Of a stretch of DNA of 64,000 nucleotides, positions 13,034-24,042 are shown one piece after another. Source of the stretch: Octopus sinensis (taxonomy: Eukaryota); NCBI RefSeq assembly GCF_006345805.1, contig NW_021835955.1:90427-154426 (forward strand), in the 5' to 3' direction. Under the pieces are notes generated by a model that searched no databases, was not told the origin of the DNA, and saw only the letters and a program-made list of their open reading frames with translations. The stretch's first letter is position 1. Every line of letters begins with the position of its first letter. Made by a program: the position numbers and the translations under genes.

Positions 13034-13900
13034 GGAAATATTCTGTACGTGAGAAGACCAGGCAGGACAAGTGAGCCCAGCCCACTTATGAATGCCTTTC
13101 CTCCCTGGACACAAAGACCGGTTGAGGCAAGCGAAGTCGATATAGAACCTCATCCGACGACAGACACCCATCCCAACCCCCCATGCTTGCGAAGACATGT
13201 TGGGGCAAGCGAAATCGAAATCGAAATCGAAACCGAATTGAACCAGCCAGGATCCCTGGCCTGGTGGTACGTAAAAGCACTATCCGACTCGGGGCCGTGG
13301 CACGTAAAATACTCCAATGCGACCGTACGACAGGCACCCATGCCAACCCCTTTGCTTGTGAAGACATGTTGGGGCAAGCGAAATCGAAATCGAATTGAAC
13401 CAGCCAGGATCCCTGGTCTGGTGGTACGTAAAAAGCACTATCCGACTCGTGGCCGTGGCACGTAAAATACTCCAATGCGACCGTACGACAGGCACCCTTG
13501 CCAACCCCCTTTGCTTGTGAAGACATGTTGGGGCAAGCGAAATCGAAATCGAATTGAACCAGCCAGGATCCCTGGTCTGGTGGTACGTAAAAAGCACTAT
13601 CCGACTCGTGGCCGATGCCAGCACCGCCTCGACTGGCTTCCGTGCCGGTGGCACATAAAATACACCAATCTGACCGTGGCCGTTGCCAGCCCCGCCTGGC
13701 ACCTGTGCAGGTGGCACGTAAAAAGCACCCACTACACTCACGGAGTGGTTGGCGTTAGGAAGGGCATCCAGCTGTAGAAACATTGCCAAATTAGACTGGA
13801 GCCTGGTGCAGCCTTCTGGCTTCCCAGAACCCCGGTCGAACCGTCCAACCCATGCTAGCATGGAGAACGGACGTTAAACGACGATGATGATGATGATGAT
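13034..13900 (+). mobile_element. Family E, longest and least decayed copy; 5'-truncated RTE-like LINE end with tandem 3' UTR units
   Basis: Begins with codons RKYSVREKTRQDK*; ~160-bp unit repeated about 2.7 times (13162-13615); CpG-rich; (GAT)n tail. Confidence 0.8.
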
Positions 13901-14373
13901 GATATATGTATTTATAAAAAAACTACATCATTTATAGATACATATATATATCAAGAAAGAGATGGATGGAGATAGTATTTTTGCACCAGTAAAAAGTTAT
14001 CCTTTTAACTGATAATTACGGATATTTCAAAATGGTAACTTTTGCTTTTACCTGTTCAGTAATTGTTTATTTTGTGAAGAATAAGGAAATAATATTTGTA
14101 TACACACTGATTGATAATGCTCTATAAAATCATGGCAGAAATATTTATTATTTCAGGTATCATAGTGCTGATGTATCCTGATAAATATTTGGATTGTTTT
14201 AGTGAATTATGTTGCTTCTTAGTACATGTATGTATGTATGTATGTATGTATGTATGTATGTATGTATGTATGTATGTATGTATGTATGTATGTATGTATG
14301 TATGTGTGTGTGTGTGTTTGTGTATGTGTGTTTATGTATAATAATAATAATAATGATAATGATAATAATAATC

Positions 14374-14409
<36 letters not shown>

Positions 14410-14529
14410 GTAATAATAATAATAATAATAGTAATAATAATAATAATAACAATAATAATGATAATAATAATGATGATGATGTTTATCCCCCACCATGATG
14501 ATGAAATTATTGTGTATCATGCTTAGGTG

Positions 14530-14803
14530 CTTTACAAGTCATCAAAGGTGCATCTATAGTACATAGAATTATGTACAAAAATCAGGATAATGAACAGTGC
14601 ACAAGTCATAGTATACATACATGCATGCATATGGAGTGGGAATATCAGGTGTAGTGTTGGCGAATTTCAGGAAGCATGGAGGTTTTAAAGGATGCAATGT
14701 CTCGGCAGCTAACAAATGGTGCAGGTAGTTTGTACCATGCTTCAGCAACTCTGAGTGTAAAAAATGTTTCTGAAAGTCATGGAAGCCGTGTTGTTTTCTG
14801 ACT
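14530..14803 (-). pseudogene. 5'-truncated CR1-type LINE 3' fragment
   Basis: Minus strand, allowing one frameshift, reads VRKQHGFHDFQKHF/TLRVAEAWYKLPAPFVSCRDIASFKTSM, like the CR1 ORF2 C-terminus (FF..RV...WN.LP..V......FK). Confidence 0.7.
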
Positions 14804-14900
14804 ATCAGTCTCTTTTGCCAAACTGCAGAGTTACGAAGACATAGACACACCAGCATCGGTTGTCAAGTGATGGTGGGGGGACAAGCACAGACACACAAAC

Positions 14901-14939
<39 letters not shown>

Positions 14940-15101
14940 GGCTTCTTTCAGTTTCCATCTACCAAATTCACTCATAAGGCTTTGGTTGATCTGAGGCTAT
15001 AGTAGAAGACACTTGCCCAAGGTGCCACACAGTGGAACGATCTGAACCTGGAACTATGTGGTTGGGAAGCAAGCTTCTTACCCAACAGTCACGTCTGTAC
15101 C
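14803..15101 (-). mobile_element. Family A SINE lacking its 3' end
   Basis: Reverse complement of the A head, internal (TA)n and middle domain. Confidence 0.85.
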
Positions 15102-16182
15102 TATATATATATTTCTATTTTTTAGTCCCCCACATAAGCTCTGTTTGAGGAGACATTTGTTCAAAGCCATTTCTGATTAGTAGCAGATAAGACTTTATTA
15201 TCTAAAACCTCCTTTTCGTTTTAATGAAGCATAATGTTATTTGTGTCTAAATCAGTCAATATTTTTAGCAGTTCAAGGGATTGTTTAAAGACTCTCTTGT
15301 AGGCTGGTTTTTGTACACATAAGTTGTGACTGTTTACTCACAGGCCAGCCTTGACTGTGTAGACTTATGATGAAATGTATTCCAGCTATAATCATCTTTT
15401 CTATTTTTGTTTATTCTTACTTTCTCAAGCATGTGTTGTAGATTACATTATCTGTGTTTCTTTTTGAATATGTATGGTATGTTTTGAGGAAGATTTGGTT
15501 GCTATTTCTAGCAGACAAAGAAACTACATCAAGACTCTATCATTGGCTCTTATATGTATGTATGTATCTGTTTTACTGCCAGATATTACTACCTCTATGG
15601 CATATGCCTATAACTAGATCCATTGGTGATAATGATACATACATTTTGAGTTCACCGTTTAATTTAATTTGCCTTTATCTCAAATGTTCTGCATTAGCAA
15701 ATACACTCAAATTCACTGGACTTTCAAAGTAGTTACAAGAAAGTTCCTCTTGTGATATAAATATCTGGTTCATCACCTAAACATCTTAGACTGCATCAGT
15801 TTTTGGCACAAACTTGGTAAATATAAGTTCACAAGCATATTATCTGTATTAACAATAATCTTTCAGTCTGTGTTCCAGGCAAGTCTTTGCTTAACACTGC
15901 AGTCTTACACAGACTATGTTTGAAAAGAAAGCAATGGGTTGCATTAGATGATATATAAGCAGTGTATTTCATCAAAAATACTGTGTTAAACAGGTAAGAT
16001 AACATCAATTTAGGTGCAGAAATAACTGTGTGAATATGGTGTTCACCTTCATAAGCACATTGTATTTGAGTTCTCTTGCTCTCTACATGGGAACTTGGGT
16101 AAGTGTCTTCTTACTTTCGCCTCAGGGTGCCAAATGCCTTGTGAGGGGAACTGATTGATACAAACTGTATGGAAGCCTATTA

Positions 16183-16246
<64 letters not shown>

Positions 16247-16619
16247 TGTGTGTGTGTGTCATGGCACATGTGGCCTAGTGGTTAGGGAGTTGCACTCATG
16301 ATTGCTAGATTGTGGATTCAATTCCTAGACCAAGTTGTCCAGTCCACTCAGCTGAAATGGGTAACCCAGTGATGAACTAGTCTTCCAAGTAGGGGGAATG
16401 TTGGTAGCCAGAGGGTTGCACCATTCAAAAACTAAAAGGATGCAAAGCACATCATGGCCAGTGATGCATTATGACATCTAAAAGTTTGGTCATTCACATG
16501 ATCATGTGATGTATATATATAGATATATGGCTGTATGAGTTAGGTGTTAAGCAACCATCTAAAGTATAATGAATATCCAATATACTACAGGATGTATACC
16601 TACACATTTATATCCAAGT

Positions 16620-16884
16620 GCACCACACAAACGTGGCTGATGCCAGCACCGCCTTCACTGGCTTCCGTGCCTGTGGTATGTAAAAAGCACCATCCAATCA
16701 TGGTCAATGCCAATCCCCTCTGACCCCTGTACCACCCATTACACACTCGGAGAGGTTGGCATTAGAAACACTGCCTGATCAGACTGGAGTCTGGTGCAGC
16801 GGCCTGGCTTCCCAGACCCCAGTCGAACTATCCAACTCATGCCAGAATGGAAAATGGACATTAAACGATGATGATGATGATGAT
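16620..16884 (+). mobile_element. Family E repeat, diverged
   Basis: E motifs plus (GAT)n tail. Confidence 0.75.
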
Positions 16885-16960
16885 GTTTACCATTGCAAGG
16901 CAGTATCACAATTGAATACTAGGGATGACTGGGGGTAAAACAGAAATTTACCCAGAATTT

Positions 16961-17227
16961 ATAAGGCAAATAAGAAAATGGAGAGGATAATCAATTGATA
17001 AGCATCAGCATGTAAACATTCATTTATATCTATTTATTAATTGATTACAATCATATGTATGTCATCAAAATAAACAAATGAAATAAGCAAATAAACAAGT
17101 AAATAAATCATTCATTCATTTGTTTATTTTGATTACTTATACATATAAGTGTAATCAATAAATATATATAAAAGAATGTTTACAGACTGATGTCTGTCAA
17201 TTGAGTATCCTCACCATTTCTTATTTG

Positions 17228-17232
<5 letters not shown>
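16961..17232. repeat. Long imperfect palindrome, ~120-bp arms
   Basis: ATAAGGCAAATAAGAAA..CAAAATAAACAAATGAA at 16961-17084, mirrored at 17113-17232. Confidence 0.85.
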
Positions 17233-17276
<44 letters not shown>

Positions 17277-17278
<2 letters not shown>

Positions 17279-17682
17279 ATTTTTCAGATACTCTGTCTTC
17301 TAATTAGCCTTAAGATTAAATTAAATAACGTTTAATATTACCCACACTCTAATATAATATTAATATTGCTAATATATTTTCAGATACTCTATCTCCAAAT
17401 TAGCCTTAAGATTAAATAACGTTTTTTTACCCACACTCTAATATAATATTAATATTGCTAATATATTTTCAGATACTCTATCTCCTAATTAGCCTTAAGA
17501 TTAAACAACGTTTTTATCCACACTCTAATATAATATTAATATTGCTAATACATTTTCAGATACTCTATCCCCTAATTAGCCTTAAGATTAAATAACGTTT
17601 TTACCCAAATAACGTTTTTACACAAACTTTAATATTGTTAATATTTCTTTTTCAAGTACTCTATCTTCTAATTAGCCTTAAT
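17277..17682 (+). repeat. ~90-bp tandem repeat, about 4.5 copies (LINE 5' UTR)
   Basis: TTTTCAGATACTCTATCTCCTAATTAGCCTTAAGATTAAATAACGTTT..CCACACTCTAATATAATATTAATATTGCTAATA; units start near 17281, 17377, 17466, 17553, 17649. Confidence 0.92.
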
Positions 17683-17742
17683 ATCTTCCTGTCTTCTCTC
17701 GAACATAATTAGATAGATAAACATATAGACGGATTATCCAGC

Positions 17743-18680
17743 ATGTCCAGAGCATGGAGACCTGACGAGCTGGATTTATTCGTACAAGCATGGGAGTGCG
17801 CCGGCGGAGATAGCCCTAGCGAGGTGATTGCGGCTGTGCTGAAGAGCAGAGGCTACAAGAGGACAGCAGCTCAGATGGAGCGAAAGAGACGGGAATTTGT
17901 GCGCTCATATGCGCTTGTACGGTCGCACATTGGCGCACTTGATGCCATCTTTGAGAACGAGCGGGGCAAAGATGGCAAGAATGGAGATGATGAAAGAAGT
18001 CACCCCCACCTGGTGGACGCCCGGGAGGAGGTTTTGAATGAGAAACCTGCCCGGGAAGTGAACCCAGGTGCAAGTTCTCCAACCGGCAGCAAGGGCCATG
18101 GAGACGGAGAACCCGGTGAAGAGGTAGAGGGAGGAAGAAGAACTAAAAGAAAGACTGGAAGAGCTAAAGGAAAAGAAAAGCTCAAGCAGGACCAAAGAGT
18201 GAAACAACCAGGAATAGAAGTGGAACCGCAAAGGATGGAACCAAACAGCGCACACGGGTGTGTATATTCTACCTGAGAGGTTCCTGCTGGCATGGAAAGG
18301 AAGGTGCAGGCTGCCGCTTTGCACATCGGGGACCCTGCCACAGAGACACGAGGCAGATGGACAAATCATCAACACAAAGAAAAGGGATGGACCACGCACC
18401 ACCTGCTCCAAAGCGGAGGTACGCAGATGTTGTGCGCGCCACAAACAGCCAACATGATGTTGTCGAAAGAGCAGCTGCTGAGCAACAATCTTTTTTGTGC
18501 ATGGCACAAAAGATTGTACAGCAGCTGACCTGGCTTCATCAAACCAAGCCCGCAGGTGGGACTACCCACTATATACCAGACCACCACAGCAAACAGACAC
18601 AGGATGGACACTGCCGGCAACAACGTACACCTCACCTCGATACTCCTACTGAACATCAGAGGACTGCAAACACTCTGTAA
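17743..18680 (+). pseudogene. LINE ORF1 (frameshifted): Myb/SANT-like N-terminus, putative coiled coil, CCCH zinc finger
   Basis: Frame 1 WRPDELDLFVQAW..IAAVLKSRGYKRTAAQMERKRREFVRSY; frame 2 EEEELKERLEELKEKK (~18131-18180); frame 3, open from 18168, VCIFYLRGSCWHGKEGAGCRFAH and RRYADVVR, stop at 18680. Confidence 0.65.
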
Positions 18681-21600
18681 CAGGACAAAGATCCCGTTCC
18701 TGAGAGACTTTGTTGCATGCAATCAAGCCTTATGCATAGCACTTACAGAAACGCACCTGAAACCGGACATAGCAGATGCGGAGTTACACATACCACAGTA
18801 TGCTGTACTACGGACCGACAGGAAAGAAAGGAGTCATGGAGGTGTTGCTATGTACATCCGTGAGGACCTCACACCCCAGGTCCTCTTGTCATACTCAAAC
18901 TCGGTGTGTGACACACTAATTGTACATATTAGGCAACTTGATGTAGTTGTGTGTGCTACATATCGCCCTCCAGATGCCCCAAGCCATGTGGGCAAGTTTG
19001 AAGACTGCCTTATAAAAATAGAAGAAATTCTAACCACATTAGAACAACACATAGGTGTGCTTCTTATGGGAGACTTCAATCTGCCCAATGTCAGATGGCC
19101 CGAGGGCCTTTCTCTCCCAGGAATGACAAGATGTGAACGAGGACAGGCGAGGTCCCTCCTGAACCTCATCAACACCCTGTACATGGAGCAGGTAATACTC
19201 CAACCAACCAGGGCAGGTAACACACTGGATCTCTGCTTCACAAATGACATGGATCTCATCCATAATGTGAAAGTGACACCGACACTACTCTCGGATCACA
19301 ACATGATAGAGCTGACCATGTATGGGCCAAAAGAGAGCACGGACATGCAGCCTACAAGAAACCCTCAAAATCTTTCCAGCTTGAACTACCATAAGGCAAA
19401 CTGGAAACAAATTGAGAAAGAGATCCTCAAACAAAACTGGCCTAAATGTCTCTCCTCGCCAGACATCGACGTGAAACTTCAACAATTCATGTCTGTAATG
19501 CAAGCCATATGCTACAAATGTGTCCCAGAGAGAAAGGCCACTGTACACAAGAACAAAATCCCCAGAGAGAGGAAAATTTTAATGAGACGGCGTACAAAAT
19601 TTTCAAATCGCCTAAACAAACAGATTGAAAGCAGTTAAAAGTCCCGCCTAAAAATAAAACTGTTGGAAATCGAAAAATGTCTGCAACTCTCCCATGAAAA
19701 AGAAAGAGCAGACAAAGAAGCCTGGGCTATAGAAAACATAAAATCTAACCCCAGAGCTTTCTACAGGTATGCCAAAGAAACAGCTACAGTGCACTGTAAA
19801 ATAGGGCCACTCCTCGAAAAGGATGGCACACTTACAGGAAAACCAATGAGGGTAAGCGAAATACTGAATGAGCAATTCAAGAGTGTTTTCACTCCACCCC
19901 TTGGGCATCTCCAAATCACCAATCCAACTGACTTTTTTACCACTGCAGATATAAAATCAGAGGCGGCGACGATAGATTACATCGATATAAAGGAAGACGA
20001 TGTAACCAAGGCTATAGATGAAATGAAAACAGACTCAGCTACTGGCCCCGATGGATTCCCGGCAATTCTCCTAAAAGCATGTAAGAGAGTCCTAGCAAGA
20101 CCACTGCAGTTCCTCTTTCAGAGCTTCCTTGCAGCTGGCAAACTTCCAGGAAAACTGAAGGAAGGTAAAATATGCCCCATTCATAAAGGAGGTAGCAGAG
20201 CGGAAGCCAAGAACTATAGACCTATCTCTCTGACCTCACACATCAGCAAGGTCATGGAACGAATAGTCAGAAGGAAGCTGATCACCTTCCTTGAAGAGAA
20301 TGACTTGCTGCCCGACACCCAACATGGTTTCCGACAAGGGAGAAGCTGTTTAACTCAGCTCCTACAACACTATGACTGGGTGCTGAAACGGCTGCTCAAC
20401 CACTCAAATGTGGAAGTGATATATCTCGACTTTGCAAAGGCCTTTGATAAAGTCGATCATGGAATGATATGTCACAAACTGCGTGATCTCAACATAGTTG
20501 GAAAACTGGGAGAATGGCTTCATGACTTTCTGAAGGATAGAAGTCAGGTGGTAGTAGCCAATGGGGCCACCTCCATTAACACACAAATAGTGAGCGGTGT
20601 TCCGCAGGGCACTGTTCTGGGACCACTACTGTTCATAATGGCCCTCTCAGACATGCCCTCAGCCACGCAGAGAGCCACGATCACAAGTTATGCAGATGAT
20701 ACAAAAGTTTCACAGGCAATACAGAACCCTGAGGACACTAAACACCTGCAATGTGAGCTGGACGAAATATACAAGTGGGCTGAAAAGAATAGCATGCAGT
20801 TCAATGCTGGAAAGTTTCAAGCTTTATACTATCAGCATGCAAAACTGAATGCAATACCCAATGAATACACTGGACCCGGAGGGATTGCAATCCCAGAGGC
20901 ACAATCAGTGCGTGACCTGGGTATTCACATGAGTGATGACGCGACCTTTCATGTACATGTTGCTAAACTGACAATGAAATGTAGACGGCTGGCTGGATGG
21001 ATTCTTAGAACCTTTAGAACAAGAGAACAAGAAACCATGATGGTCCTCTGGAAGACACTTGTCCTAAGCCACTTTGACTATTGCTCTCAGCTATGGTCAC
21101 CATCCAGTGTCAAGTTGATCACAGAACTTGAGGCGATCCAACGAAGCTACACAAAGAAGATAGCCTCTATGCAGAATGTAAGCTACTGGGAAAGACTCAA
21201 GAGATTAAAATTATATTCCCTGGAGCGTAGGTGGGAAAGATATGCCATAATATACATCTGGAAGATCCTGGAGGGAAGTGTCCTGAACTTTGGCATCGAG
21301 AGTTACGCAAATGCCAGAACTGGGCGCCACTGCGTGGTGCCTAGGACTCCAAACCTGCCATCAAGATGTAGGACAAGATTCTGTGATAGCCTGGGCTTCC
21401 GAGGCCCACAGCTCTTCAATATCCTCCCGAAGAACCTGAGAGACCTGCATGGGGTGGATACAGATGTTTTTAAAATGAAGCTGGATCTCTTCCTGTCAGG
21501 TGTCCCAGATGAACCAACTTCACGGCAGGAGGGGCAGATGAGGGCAGCTGCATCGAACTCTCTCATGCACCAAATAGCAGTTGCTAGAAAGCCTCCATGA
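18604..21600 (+). pseudogene. LINE ORF2, apurinic-like endonuclease + reverse transcriptase (~998 codons) with one in-frame TAA at 19636-19638
   Basis: APE motifs LNIRGL, LTETHL, YRPP, GDFN, LDL, SDH; RT motifs YRPISL, QHGFR, YLDFAKAFDKV, GVPQGTVLGPLLF, YADD, DLG; the two listed ORFs are in the same frame (QIESS*KSRLKIKLLEIEKC). Confidence 0.95.
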
Positions 21601-22671
21601 AGTGAAACCAAGTAGCAACACCAAATGGCGGTGCCCCAGCATGGCCACAGCTCATAAGCTGAAACTAGAATCAATCAATCAATCAATCAATCATATATAT
21701 ATGTTTATTTATTTATATCTATATAATATGAATTATTTACATGTTTTTAAGTTATGAAACAATTTCTCATGATATTAGAATTTACTTATTATTAAATAAA
21801 ATTTTATCAAACTATTTTGCTGTCACTTTTTACTTCGGATGTATGTATGTATGTATGTTTGTATGTATGTATGTATGTATGTATGTATGTATGTATGTAT
21901 GTATGTATGTATGTATGTATGTAGTGTATGTATATAACACACACAAACATGGATGTGGGCGTATGTGTGTCTCTGCTAACTTGTTTGCAAAATACCATTC
22001 AAGCAAAGAAAGGTATCATTGTGTTGATATTCCATTATAACAGATAGTTCTGTAGCTCTGTACTTTCAAAGACAGTTGGAAGATACATCCCTTAGTTGAA
22101 AAACATTGTAAAGGTTAGCAACAGGAAAGGCTCCATGCAATAAAATAATGCTTCAATAAGCTTTCATCTGATCCGTGATAGCATAGGAAAAAAAAATGGA
22201 CATAACATGAACAAGCATGTTCAGCTCAAGAAAAATAATTATCAGACATTTATGAAAAGATGTTATGTAAATGACTGGCATATTTTACAAATCTTAGGGT
22301 TTATCAAATGTAGAATCATCCGACGAGGTTTGAACACGTATCAAAAAGGAATGAAACCAAATACTGTTAAGAGATTTAGTCTACAAAGGCACCCTCTCTG
22401 GCAATCCATCACACTTCTTTCATATGAATAATAGAATAGTATCTTATTAGAAATACATCAGTATCTAGATTAAATTTGTAATGATTGATCATGAATACAT
22501 TTTATACAGTATCATTGTACTGAAGCAGATGTAATATTGGATATTACTGTTGAATACTAATTTGAAATAGCTACCTATTTGATATATCTATTATGGTTCG
22601 CAAAATATACTAAGTATTCAACATCAATTTTACTACTGTCCTCAATTAATAACTCTAAATAAAAAATTAAT

Positions 22672-22876
22672 TTCGAATTTTGGCACAAGGCCAGCAGTTT
22701 TGAGCCAGTCAGTGAGTTGATTACATCAACTCCAGTGCTCAACTGGGACTTATTTTATTAATCCCCAAAAGATGAAAGGCAAAGTCACCCCCAGTGGAAT
22801 TTGAACTCGGAACACAAAGACAGAAAAATATCACTATGCATTTTGCCCGATCTGCTAACAATTCTGCCAACTCACT
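22672..22876 (-). mobile_element. Family B SINE
   Basis: Reverse complement of the B consensus. Confidence 0.8.
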
Positions 22877-23417
22877 AGCCTTGACCCTAAATAATAAATT
22901 ATTCAGTTTGTTTTCAAGAATATACAATAGATTCAAAATGTGTGAGTTTCTATTTGATCCAGGTGTATCAAAGTACAAAAATTGCTCGTAACAAAGTCAG
23001 TATGGCAGTGCTGATAAGCTGTATGAGTGTGTAAGGGTAGTGTAAAGATTTTATCATTTGTACACAATGTATCTCATACCAGGCAGATTTGACTTGGGAA
23101 GACCAGTGAAATATATTTTAGATTGGAAAGCAGTTAGAGCATCCAGTCCGGAATGTGAAAAGTTCATAATAGTTCATTTTTTTATAGGTAAAAGTATTAA
23201 AATGATCAAAATTGATCTGATACCTGGACTGCCCATTTAAGCTTATACCAGCTCAAATGATATAGTGCCTATAGCCATTTTTGATTTAGGTAGGTCTCAC
23301 ACCCCTACACTAAATGTTGGTAGAGTTTAGCCACCATGCAATGGACTCATAGTTGAGTGCCTGAATAACACCTTATAGCTTCATCAAAGCCTTGAATATG
23401 AAGTATTATATATATAT

Positions 23418-23599
23418 GTAGTATTTTAACATGTATAAGGAACCCTGTTTTGTCAAAAATTAGGTTAAAAAGTATGGGAGTTTCTTATACATGGTTAGTA
23501 TTTATAATTCCTTACAAAACCATTTTTCCAAATTTTAAGCCCCAAAATTAGGGGGCTACCTTATACATGTGGGTTCCTCATACACGTTATAATATAGTA
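23418..23599. mobile_element. Tc1/mariner-pogo type MITE
   Basis: Imperfect ~27-bp TIRs (TAGTATTTTAACATGTATAAGGAACC / GGTTCCTCATACACGTTATAATATAGTA) within TA runs. Confidence 0.6.
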
Positions 23600-24042
23600 T
23601 ATATATATATATATATATATAATATGTGATACATATATTGACAGACAGCCAGACAGATAGATAGACACACACACATATGTGGCTTTTCACACTTTTGCTT
23701 TCCTACAGGAGTATGGTTATTACATGAGCCTGTGAAGTTCATCATAGCAATACATAATGTTGGGACAATTGCAATGATAATCGTAATATTAGTTAGTCTG
23801 AATGCATGAATACTTCTATAAAATTAATAACTATGAATGTACATCGATTCCTTATTCACTTTGAACACACTCCTTTTCATTGTTGCCCACAAAATGAACC
23901 AAAGTATGTGTATATTATATATATATGAATTATATAATATATAATAACTATAATATATACTCACATATAGATTGATAGATATTTAGATAGATAGATAGAT
24001 ATCTGAGTTTTGTATGATTGCACATCAAAGAATATAGTAATG

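Larger units (their letters stand above)
17272..21693 (+). mobile_element. Apparently full-length CR1-group non-LTR retrotransposon
   Basis: 5' tandem array, ORF1, APE+RT ORF2, short 3' UTR and (AATC)n tail at 21669-21692; lies in a (TA)n tract with possible TSD ATATATATATGT (17260-17271, 21693-21704). Confidence 0.93.

Noticed and set aside
15640-15950. Possible LTR-retrotransposon RNase H remnant (PIAFFS..KTD) on the minus strand
   Set aside because: Only two short motifs, many stops, no LTRs
17816-18722. Antisense ORFs over the LINE (also 18834-19259, 21303-21674)
   Set aside because: Shadow frames of the sense ORFs with no motifs
22318-22372. CCGACGA..GAAAC hammerhead-like spacing (also CTGATGA at ~63146)
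   Set aside because: Stems do not form in register, or GAAA is absent
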